Program-made: the position numbers and the translations under genes
Notes under the pieces: generated by a model
Database searches by the model: none
Told to the model about the DNA's origin: nothing
What the model saw: only the letters and a program-made list of their open reading frames with translations
Part shown: piece by piece, positions 1-7,091 of the stretch
Position numbering within the stretch: position 1 is the first letter of the stretch
How the letters are laid out: each line of letters begins with the position of its first letter
Origin: an uncultured virus (IMG/VR IMGVR_UViG_3300034375_007546)
Lineage: Duplodnaviria > Heunggongvirae > Uroviricota > Caudoviricetes
Length of the DNA stretch: 20,000 bases
Direction: 5' to 3' (one strand)
Virus record (IMG/VR): IMGVR_UViG_3300034375_007546

Positions 1-77
1 AAATGCGTAATCTCCTTCTCTTGCAGAGTTGATTTATAATCGCAAGTCTGGCATAATTACTAGACAGGAGTTAATCA

Positions 78-344
78 ATGTTATCTTTAATACAGAGAAT
101 ACTCCGAGCGGCAACATCATTCGATACCGTGCTTAGTCGCTTGGATAGAATTGAAAGCGCGATAAATAAAATCGAGACAAAGATCAAAAAGTTTGATAAG
201 ATTGCTGATGAGAACGATGCTCTTTGGCAAATGCTCGATGAGCAAAGAGAAATGGAACAGATCTTTGTGAAGAATACAGAAGATTACAATAAAGAGATCG
301 CAGAGATTCTTTTGAGGAACGCGAAAGTCCAGGGCGATGCCTGA
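78..344 (+). CDS. Hypothetical coiled-coil protein (88 aa)
   Basis: ORF with AGGAG RBS; heptad-like LSRLDRIESAINKIETKI; 3' end overlaps the start of the next gene. Confidence 0.7.
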   Translation: MLSLIQRILRAATSFDTVLSRLDRIESAINKIETKIKKFDKIADENDALWQMLDEQREMEQIFVKNTEDYNKEIAEILLRNAKVQGDA

Positions 345-1074
345 TAGAGTATATCTTTTTGACGTTGACGGAACGTTAACCGAACCGAGAGAGAAGATTA
401 AAGAACAGATAGAGGATGTATTCATGAGTTGGATTGCATCTAAGAACAAGAGTGTGTATCTTGTTACGGGTTCCGATATCAGCAAAACCAAAGAGCAGCT
501 TGGCGAGGATCTGATGGATGCTTGTCTTGGTGTTTTTACTTGCTCCGGTAATGTATTCAGGCAGGAAGACCAGATTATTTACAGTAACGTTTTCGATCCT
601 GGCGATGAGTTTATTGCGGATCTGGAACTTTATTTGGAAAACTCTCAATGGCGTTCTAAGAAAGGCAACCATATCGAAAAGCGTCCGGGAATGTTAAACT
701 TCTCTACTGTTGGAAGAAACGCAAATCAAAATATGCGCAAGGCTTACGCACGTTGGGATAAGACTTCTCTTGAACGAGAGGATATTGTAGCTTATATAAA
801 CGACCTGTACCCCGACCTAGAGGTTTCCATTGGCGGGTCTATCTCTGTAGACATTTATCCTAAAGGAAAGAACAAAGGTCAGGTGGTTGAGAAGTTGAGA
901 GAGCTTCACGGTGATGATGTTGAAATGATTTTTGTTGGAGACAAGAATATCCCCGGCGGAAATGATTGGTCTCTCGCACAACGTTTGGAAACTATTGAGG
1001 GTTCTCAATGGTATCAAGTTTTATGTCCAGAAGAAACACGCTGCCTTATTGAGTATGGGGAACTATTTATATAG
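337..1074 (+). CDS. Eukaryote-type phosphomannomutase (HAD IIB family)
   Basis: HAD motif I FDVDGTLT, VTGSD, PMM signatures IEKRPGMLNFSTVGRNA, GGSISVDIYPKG, FVGDKNIPGGND. Confidence 0.88.
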   Translation: MPDRVYLFDVDGTLTEPREKIKEQIEDVFMSWIASKNKSVYLVTGSDISKTKEQLGEDLMDACLGVFTCSGNVFRQEDQIIYSNVFDPGDEFIADLELYLENSQWRSKKGNHIEKRPGMLNFSTVGRNANQNMRKAYARWDKTSLEREDIVAYINDLYPDLEVSIGGSISVDIYPKGKNKGQVVEKLRELHGDDVEMIFVGDKNIPGGNDWSLAQRLETIEGSQWYQVLCPEETRCLIEYGELFI

Positions 1075-3093
1075 ATGAAACGCCAACTACAAATATTTAA
1101 AGAGTTTATTGAGGAAGCAAAAGACCCAGCATACTTCCAAGATACATTCAACTTCACAGTCCTGATCTCAATGGACAAGAACCGTGGTGGTTCCCGCGAT
1201 GAAACTAAAAATGATATTCGCGCACTACCAGAGGTTCTAACTGTTACTCTTATCGAGAAGGAAAAGGGTGGTGTTCAGAAAGACTTAGGTAACACTTATC
1301 TTTCTACTTTGAAGATCCACGTTCGCAGACCTCGCGATACATCCAAAGAACTAATGATGAAGCGTGTTGTAAAGCAGATCGCGAGACTGAAAGGCGTTTC
1401 GGTTCTTCGTTACAAGGAGCGTAAGCCAAAGCAAAGAAGAAAAGCTTTCTACGGACCAGGGTCATACACCAAGAGAGTTCAGAATGTTAATGAGGGTGAA
1501 TACTATCAGTCCTCAAAGCATATGGCTGACCTCAAAAAAGACTTCAAGGATCTTACTTCCAAGGGACCACAAAAGAAAGGCGGCTACAAAAACGTAAGTG
1601 ACTCGCCTGATTTCAAGTCCGCACCCCCCGGAGCCCCTGGTGGTTTAGAAGAGGCACTACTTGACGAAGCTATGAAGACTGCCGCCGATCTACCCGAAGG
1701 GGTTGTAGTAGCAGTTGATCTTCAACGGATGCCTATGAAATATAAGGTCTATTATGCGATGAGGGACAACCCTAATGCTCCTTTGGTTGCAGACGATTTG
1801 GATCGCATGGAGGCAGGCATTGATATATATGGTGTGCTGGAGGCACACAGATCGTCAGGCGACCCGTACAAGGGCACATACAAGGTTGCTACTGTAAAAG
1901 CCAGAGATGGCTTTGGTCCATTGCTTTATGACGTAGCGTTGGAAATAGCGTCTGATAAAGCCAGGGGTTTGAAAGCAGACGATAACAGCGTATCCGATGA
2001 CGCTTCTGCTATTTGGAGATATTATCACGATAAGCGTGACGACGTTGAAAAGCGCGAAGCAGATCCTTACATTGACGACTGGTATGATTCTTATCGTGCT
2101 GGCGTAACAGATTTGAATAATCTTGCTCGGCATATGGCTGAGGCTGGATTTATTCCAGTAGCCGATCTTGAGTCAGAAAAGTCAATGAGAGACTTTGTTA
2201 AGAACAAGCGTCACCTTACAAAGATTTACAAGAAGGATTCAAAAGACACTACCACATCTTTGAAGGACGCCGGTAAGATTGTTCAGGTTACAAAACAAAA
2301 GCCAAAACCAAAATACACGATTAAAGACCTTAGTCGCTTTGACCGTTTGCGCGAGGACATTCTAATTTCTGTTGGCAAGGAAGACGATCTTGCTACGTTT
2401 GAAATGCAGCCAGAATTCCAGCAGAAGATTTGGGACGGTGATGAGAGAATCCGCCCGGGCGTTAAGGGTGCTTTGATGGATATAGTTGATGAGTTTGTGG
2501 AGCGTTTAGATCTAGACGCGGAGATCAAAGATATAATTGTTACAGGATCTTTGGCCAACTATAACTGGTCAAAGTTCTCTGATATTGATTTGCATATCCT
2601 TATTGACTTCAAAGAAGTTAACGACAATGAAGAGTTGGTCAAACGTTTCTTTGATGCTGTTCGTTCCAACTGGAATAAGACCCACGACATAAAAGTCAAG
2701 GGACACGAAGTTGAGCTTTACGTTCAGGATGAAAACGAGCCACACGTTTCAACAGGAGTTTACTCTTTAATGAACGACAAGTGGCTCGTGAAACCAAACA
2801 AAGTCAAGCCTTTCATTGATAAGAAAACTGCCAAGAAAAAAGCAGCCGATATCGAAAGAGAGGTTGACAAGGTGGCTTCTGTCCTGTATGATGGTAATCA
2901 TGAAGCTGCACTAGACAAGGCAGCCTACTTGAAAGAGAAGATCAAGACAATGCGCCAAGCAGGCTTAGAAAAGGCAGGAGTATTCTCCCCAGAGAACCTT
3001 GCCTTTAAGATGCTCCGAAGGTCGGAAGCACTTAGTAAATTACATGACGTATACATTAAAGCATACGATCAGACTTTAAGTCTTGACCAATGA
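1075..3093 (+). CDS. Multidomain protein: N-terminal domain, GNAT-like middle domain, C-terminal Pol-beta-superfamily nucleotidyltransferase
   Basis: NTase signature IIVTGSLANYNWSKFSDIDLH and third acidic residue in VELYVQD; GNAT-like ARDGFGPLLYDVALE...SVSDDASAIW; low-complexity linkers. Confidence 0.7.
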   Translation: MKRQLQIFKEFIEEAKDPAYFQDTFNFTVLISMDKNRGGSRDETKNDIRALPEVLTVTLIEKEKGGVQKDLGNTYLSTLKIHVRRPRDTSKELMMKRVVKQIARLKGVSVLRYKERKPKQRRKAFYGPGSYTKRVQNVNEGEYYQSSKHMADLKKDFKDLTSKGPQKKGGYKNVSDSPDFKSAPPGAPGGLEEALLDEAMKTAADLPEGVVVAVDLQRMPMKYKVYYAMRDNPNAPLVADDLDRMEAGIDIYGVLEAHRSSGDPYKGTYKVATVKARDGFGPLLYDVALEIASDKARGLKADDNSVSDDASAIWRYYHDKRDDVEKREADPYIDDWYDSYRAGVTDLNNLARHMAEAGFIPVADLESEKSMRDFVKNKRHLTKIYKKDSKDTTTSLKDAGKIVQVTKQKPKPKYTIKDLSRFDRLREDILISVGKEDDLATFEMQPEFQQKIWDGDERIRPGVKGALMDIVDEFVERLDLDAEIKDIIVTGSLANYNWSKFSDIDLHILIDFKEVNDNEELVKRFFDAVRSNWNKTHDIKVKGHEVELYVQDENEPHVSTGVYSLMNDKWLVKPNKVKPFIDKKTAKKKAADIEREVDKVASVLYDGNHEAALDKAAYLKEKIKTMRQAGLEKAGVFSPENLAFKMLRRSEALSKLHDVYIKAYDQTLSLDQ

Positions 3094-3500
3094 TTAAAAT
3101 AAGGATTGGTAAGAAAATGAAAGGATCGGCTGTTGCAATACTAGACGACGATAGCAATATGTTATTGTTGCTGCGTTCAGAGAAGTCTCGTTGGATGCCT
3201 AAAAAGTGGGGACTCCCAGGTGGCAAGGTTGAGAGCGGTGAAGAGCCGGAAGAAGCAGCCATCCGAGAAACAAAAGAAGAAACAAGTCTGAATATTCGGA
3301 ACCTAACTTACTTAAAAGATTTTAGTAATAAATGGGTTGACTTGTTTTACACAGCCGATTATGATGGTAATATTCAAATTGATTTTGAACACGACGATTA
3401 TGAATGGGTGTCTCGCGCTGACGTAGAGCAATACGACACAACGCCACAAATCGTAGACATATTTGATTGGATTTTGAAAAATGAGCGAACAAACGACTAA
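3090..3500 (+). CDS. Nudix hydrolase
   Basis: Nudix box GGKVESGEEPEEAAIRETKEETSL preceded by WGLPGG; ATGA overlap with upstream gene. Confidence 0.93.
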   Translation: MIKIRIGKKMKGSAVAILDDDSNMLLLLRSEKSRWMPKKWGLPGGKVESGEEPEEAAIRETKEETSLNIRNLTYLKDFSNKWVDLFYTADYDGNIQIDFEHDDYEWVSRADVEQYDTTPQIVDIFDWILKNERTND

Positions 3501-3873
3501 CGAAGACGAAAGCCAAGTTGAAGAGCAATCTCCTGCTGAGGAGCTAATCCCCAAAAAGCCATCTCGTTTGTGCCCGCGCGGCATTCAAACTTTTACAGTT
3601 GCGCGCCAAGCAGACGAAACAGGCGTCTCTGGTGAGGGTGTTGTTATTGAAGGCGTTGTGTTGGCGACAGGGCAATGTATCGCTCATTGGCTGTATCCGC
3701 GACCAAAGGGTTCCATTGCTATTTTTGATTCAATGAATGATTTTATCACAGTTCATATCAAGCCACACCCAGGCAATCGCACCATTATTACATATGATGA
3801 TGGCGAACAAGAGCGATACGGACTATTTACAGAAGAGGAAAAGTCAAATGAAAATAACGAAGTCCAGACTTAA
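3481..3873 (+). CDS. Hypothetical phage protein
   Basis: Long ORF in operon, globular core DETGVSGEGVVIEGVVLATGQCIAHW. Confidence 0.75.
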   Translation: MSEQTTNEDESQVEEQSPAEELIPKKPSRLCPRGIQTFTVARQADETGVSGEGVVIEGVVLATGQCIAHWLYPRPKGSIAIFDSMNDFITVHIKPHPGNRTIITYDDGEQERYGLFTEEEKSNENNEVQT

Positions 3874-4519
3874 GCAAATTATTACAGAAGAGTTGCAGAA
3901 CATTCTTGCCGAGGAGGATGGTCAAGACGACCCATTCGCTCCGGGCAACACACGGTATTTTGAGCCGGGTGAGAGAGAGGCAGCGCGGAAAGCGCGCGGC
4001 GGGGCTAAGACTGCAAAGGTGGGCATTCGTTCCAAGGCAGCTGCCGACCGTCGTGTAAGAGGTGAGATTCGCCAACGCGCTGAGAAGCTTCTAGACGCGT
4101 TATATCCGGATGCCTCTAATCCAGAACTAGTCTTCATCATTCGGCAAGAAGATGATGAGGGCACTCTTGTAGATAGTTTGTTTGGCTTTATGTTCCCCCG
4201 TGAGACCAAAATGGACAAGCCAAATCCTTACCTGATGGACAGAGTAGAGGAGTGGATTAAGACGCGCTCTGGAGATGAGGAGATTGCTTTGGAAGTTGGA
4301 GGGCGATCAAAGCCTGAGAACCTTGACTCGCTTCTTACTTATATCGAAACCAAGGGAATGGAACTAGGCAAGCAGATTTTTGACAAAGCCAAAGCTGATG
4401 CGGACAGTCGCCCAGCTAGAAACGTTCCCGTAGGTAGGGCTGCAACCCCTGGAACCCCAGAACGCGCCGCTCTCGACAGATTAATGAGTGCGGAAGTTCC
4501 GCCCAAGCGAAGACGATAA
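3848..4519 (+). CDS. Hypothetical protein with N-terminal MKITKSRLKQIITEEL motif (possible internal virion protein)
   Basis: Start re-assigned from 3737 to ATG 3848 (GAGGA upstream, avoids a long overlap); this N-terminal motif is recurrent in large-phage proteins. Confidence 0.7.
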   Translation: MKITKSRLKQIITEELQNILAEEDGQDDPFAPGNTRYFEPGEREAARKARGGAKTAKVGIRSKAAADRRVRGEIRQRAEKLLDALYPDASNPELVFIIRQEDDEGTLVDSLFGFMFPRETKMDKPNPYLMDRVEEWIKTRSGDEEIALEVGGRSKPENLDSLLTYIETKGMELGKQIFDKAKADADSRPARNVPVGRAATPGTPERAALDRLMSAEVPPKRRR

Positions 4520-4527
4520 GATAATCC

Positions 4528-4556
4528 TTGACGTGGCGCTCTCAGCCTGCTATAGT
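4528..4556 (+). promoter_or_regulatory. sigma70-type promoter
   Basis: TTGACG-17bp-TATAGT with extended TG, intergenic. Confidence 0.75.
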
Positions 4557-4574
4557 GTATGTAGAGGTTGAGAG

Positions 4575-4826
4575 ATGGTTTTTCACGGAGACTACGAAGA
4601 AGCACTAAATGATTGGGGATCAAAAAACCCCACTTGTCCCGGCGATATAAGAGTTGGCGATCTTGTGAGATCAAAAACTAAATGGTTAGGTGGTGTGGGT
4701 ATTGTCACAGACGTTTATAAGGTGACACACCTAAGTGGTGACTCTTGGTGGTGTTGCAAAGTTTACATTGACGGCAAAGAACGCGCATTGCCAATCGGAG
4801 ATTTTGAATTGGTAGAAAGGAGATAA
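4575..4826 (+). CDS. Small 'xVGDLV' SH3/KOW-like protein
   Basis: IRVGDLVRSK...GVGIVTDV...CKVYI...FELV pattern; GAGG RBS. Confidence 0.7.
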   Translation: MVFHGDYEEALNDWGSKNPTCPGDIRVGDLVRSKTKWLGGVGIVTDVYKVTHLSGDSWWCCKVYIDGKERALPIGDFELVERR

Positions 4827-4827
4827 G

Positions 4828-5172
4828 TTGAGAGATTTAATTTACGGCTTCCTACTTTTCTTTGTAGGGCAAGTGCTGATATGGTTTCAAACCAATGCTC
4901 AGTTTCTAAATGAATGGGCAAAGGAGCATCCCTTTTTAATGTCTTGTATATTCAGCATTCCAATATCTTATATGTTTATCAAAGCAACCGGGCTCGTTGT
5001 AAGCCACTTTGATGGTTTGCTTTGGCCTGGACGTTTTATTGGCTTCGCATCCGGCGTTGTTAGTTTTGCGTTCCTATCTTATTTCTTTATGGGCGAGGGT
5101 ATTACAGCCAAAACAGGCTTGAGTTTGCTTCTCGCAGTTATTATTGTTTGTATTCAGGTGTTTTGGAAATGA
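4828..5172 (+). CDS. Small integral membrane protein (about 4 TM, DMT-like)
   Basis: Four hydrophobic segments; AGGAG RBS; TTG start. Confidence 0.75.
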   Translation: MRDLIYGFLLFFVGQVLIWFQTNAQFLNEWAKEHPFLMSCIFSIPISYMFIKATGLVVSHFDGLLWPGRFIGFASGVVSFAFLSYFFMGEGITAKTGLSLLLAVIIVCIQVFWK

Positions 5173-5393
5173 AGAAGATTATTATTATTTGTGCCGTGCT
5201 AATGACTGGTTGCGCACATACACGTATGCCTCTTTTGAACGGTCGCTGCCCAAGCGACTTCCCTATCAAGGGAAATGCTGAATCAAGGTTATATCATACT
5301 CCGGGTGGTGAGTATTATCATTTAACTGTACCGGAAGTTTGCTTTGCATCAGAGGATGTTGCTCGCCAGCGAGGCTTTGGTAAATCCAGATAA
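5169..5393 (+). CDS. Small putative lipoprotein with a IKGN...YH...YY...CF domain (as found C-terminal to thermonucleases)
   Basis: ATG 5169 overlaps upstream stop; MKKIIIICAVLMTG-C lipobox; IKGNAESRLYHTPGGEYY...EVCFASEDVARQRGF. Confidence 0.7.
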   Translation: MKKIIIICAVLMTGCAHTRMPLLNGRCPSDFPIKGNAESRLYHTPGGEYYHLTVPEVCFASEDVARQRGFGKSR

Positions 5394-5407
5394 AGCAATA
5401 ATAAACC

Positions 5408-5436
5408 TTGACTTCCCGAGCCTCCCATGCTACTAT
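5408..5436 (+). promoter_or_regulatory. sigma70-type promoter
   Basis: TTGACT-17bp-TACTAT with extended TG. Confidence 0.72.
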
Positions 5437-5455
5437 ATGAGTGTAGGAGGCTACT

Positions 5456-5926
5456 ATGGATAGTCATAAAGAAAACGAACTTTACGAAAGGTTCCCGCAT
5501 TTATATAGAGAGAGATTGGCTCCGTTAGAAAGCTCAAAGATGGGCTGGGGTTTTCAATGTAATGATGGTTGGTATGATATTATTCACAAAATGTCTAAGA
5601 GGATTGCTGCGATATCGTCAGACGACGAGTTCGCACCAGCCATTACGGAAGTTTCTCGGAACGAAGACGGGACGCTTTATGTTGAGGCACGCAATCTTAC
5701 ACCGGCAGTCTCAAATCTCATTGAAGCTGCCAAAGAACAATCAAAACTAACTTGTGAGAGTTGTGGATACGCGCCAGCGTTTAAGCGATCCAAAGACGGT
5801 CCTATGAAGGATCGTGTGGCTTGTGGACGCTGTGCAAGACAAGCAGAAGGGAGTAAGAGGCATAAGGCACCAAAACGCAAGAGAAAGCCGCGTAGGGCGC
5901 CTGATGTAATGGTTGTAAAGCGTTGA
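5456..5926 (+). CDS. Hypothetical phage protein with C-terminal Zn finger
   Basis: AGGAGG RBS; GFQCNDGWYDII; CESC...CGRC; basic tail. Confidence 0.8.
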   Translation: MDSHKENELYERFPHLYRERLAPLESSKMGWGFQCNDGWYDIIHKMSKRIAAISSDDEFAPAITEVSRNEDGTLYVEARNLTPAVSNLIEAAKEQSKLTCESCGYAPAFKRSKDGPMKDRVACGRCARQAEGSKRHKAPKRKRKPRRAPDVMVVKR

Positions 5927-6150
5927 TGAAAGAATTTAAGGTAGGCGACTTGGTTCGCGATAAGTTAAATCAAAATAATAATAGTTACGGGCTTGGTGTT
6001 GTAGTTGATGATAATCTTGCCCCTTCAAAGGGGGAGTTATGGGATCGTCTCGACGGAGCCCTCGGCAAAAAGTATTCTGTTTATTTTACGAAGTTTGGAA
6101 AGACAATAACATTTCACGGAGATTATCTTGAACGAGTATCAGAGGACTGA
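5923..6150 (+). CDS. Small 'KVGDLV' SH3/KOW-like protein
   Basis: FKVGDLVRDK...GLGVVV...YSVYF...YLERVSED; start TTG 5923 or ATG 5926. Confidence 0.75.
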   Translation: MMKEFKVGDLVRDKLNQNNNSYGLGVVVDDNLAPSKGELWDRLDGALGKKYSVYFTKFGKTITFHGDYLERVSED

Positions 6151-6361
6151 GAAGTATACAAATCGAAGGATCAAGCAACTTAAGGGCGAGTTGTCTAGCG
6201 TTGAACCGTTGGCGTTGGATGCTAAGATGGAAAGATATACAAGTCGGCGCCTTTTTGAGCTTCGGTGCGAGGCAAAAGAAAGAGAAAACACTTTTTTGGT
6301 TGACAACGTGCTGTTCAGAGGGTATACTATGGCAACGATGGAGGTTTACCGTGGTGATTGA
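6128..6361 (+). CDS. Possible hypothetical protein
   Basis: Fills the gap between genes, GGAG upstream of TTG, but its 3' part runs through a promoter. Confidence 0.35.
   Translation: MNEYQRTEKYTNRRIKQLKGELSSVEPLALDAKMERYTSRRLFELRCEAKERENTFLVDNVLFRGYTMATMEVYRGD
6300..6328 (+). promoter_or_regulatory. sigma70-type promoter
   Basis: TTGACA-17bp-TATACT. Confidence 0.75.
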
Positions 6362-6737
6362 GGATTGGTCAGAGTTTGAGGATTGGTCAGAGTATAAGAC
6401 TCGCAGCCTACTAAGCAATTTTACTTGGACCGATGAAGCTACTAGTGATTGGGTTGATATTTGGGATGCTCTTTGGCAACTAGGGTTCCAATGGGAATGG
6501 AAGGTTGGTGATGGTTATGTTCGCCGCTATGATAAGTCGACTTTTAACTATTACTTTGTTCACGATCTTTACCTTACGCCTCCGCAGGAAGGTGCGATAC
6601 CACTCCCGCAGATTCACGTTCTAAACGAGATCAAGGATGTTTTGCTAGATCATCCCGGCGATGATTCTCGTGTGGGCTATGCTATCAAAGCGATCAATGA
6701 TTGGTTTAGCCATGTTATATTCCGAGAGAGGACATAA
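6351..6737 (+). CDS. Hypothetical Trp-rich protein (128 aa)
   Basis: Start re-assigned to GTG 6351: GGAGG at 6340-6344 and promoter at 6300-6328 lie upstream. Confidence 0.7.
   Translation: MVIEDWSEFEDWSEYKTRSLLSNFTWTDEATSDWVDIWDALWQLGFQWEWKVGDGYVRRYDKSTFNYYFVHDLYLTPPQEGAIPLPQIHVLNEIKDVLLDHPGDDSRVGYAIKAINDWFSHVIFRERT
6358..6393 (+). repeat. Perfect in-frame 18-bp tandem duplication (TTGAGGATTGGTCAGAGT x2)
   Basis: 6358-6375 = 6376-6393; encodes EDWSE twice. Confidence 0.9.
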
Positions 6738-6738
6738 A

Positions 6739-7005
6739 ATGAGAAACTTCCTAAACTTTGTTCGCGATACCTTAATGTTCATTGGCTTCTTTATTGCTAC
6801 TGGGGTGTATGTTACAACCGCAGCAGGTATGGCTACCATTGTTATCAATGACATTCAGTTGGACACTTACGTTACTTTGAGGACAGGCTTTGCGGCAGTG
6901 CTATGGATGATCCTTACCATCTGGGTACCGATTATTCTATTCTGCGGGTCAGGAAGAATCGACAGAAATCAAATAATCCTTGACAGCGATGGCGAGGCGT
7001 GGTAG
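6739..7005 (+). CDS. Small membrane protein (2 TM)
   Basis: Start MRNFLNF after GAGGA; two hydrophobic helices. Confidence 0.65.
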   Translation: MRNFLNFVRDTLMFIGFFIATGVYVTTAAGMATIVINDIQLDTYVTLRTGFAAVLWMILTIWVPIILFCGSGRIDRNQIILDSDGEAW

Positions 7006-7026
7006 ACTGTAGTCACGATGAGAGAA
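6980..7026 (+). promoter_or_regulatory. Repeated sigma70 promoter, copy 1 (TTGACA-17-TAGACT GTAGTCACGATG)
   Basis: 6997-7026 identical to 11036-11065. Confidence 0.85.
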
Positions 7027-7091
7027 GGCGCCCAGTCTTTTGACTGGGTGTCAACCCCCGGATTCCTTAATTTGATCACGAAAGGACATTG

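Noticed and set aside
3737..3847. Upstream extensions of ORFs 3737, 5148, 6201, 6661, 14580 and 14910
   Set aside because: Overlap other genes, promoters or hairpins; better RBS-supported starts lie downstream
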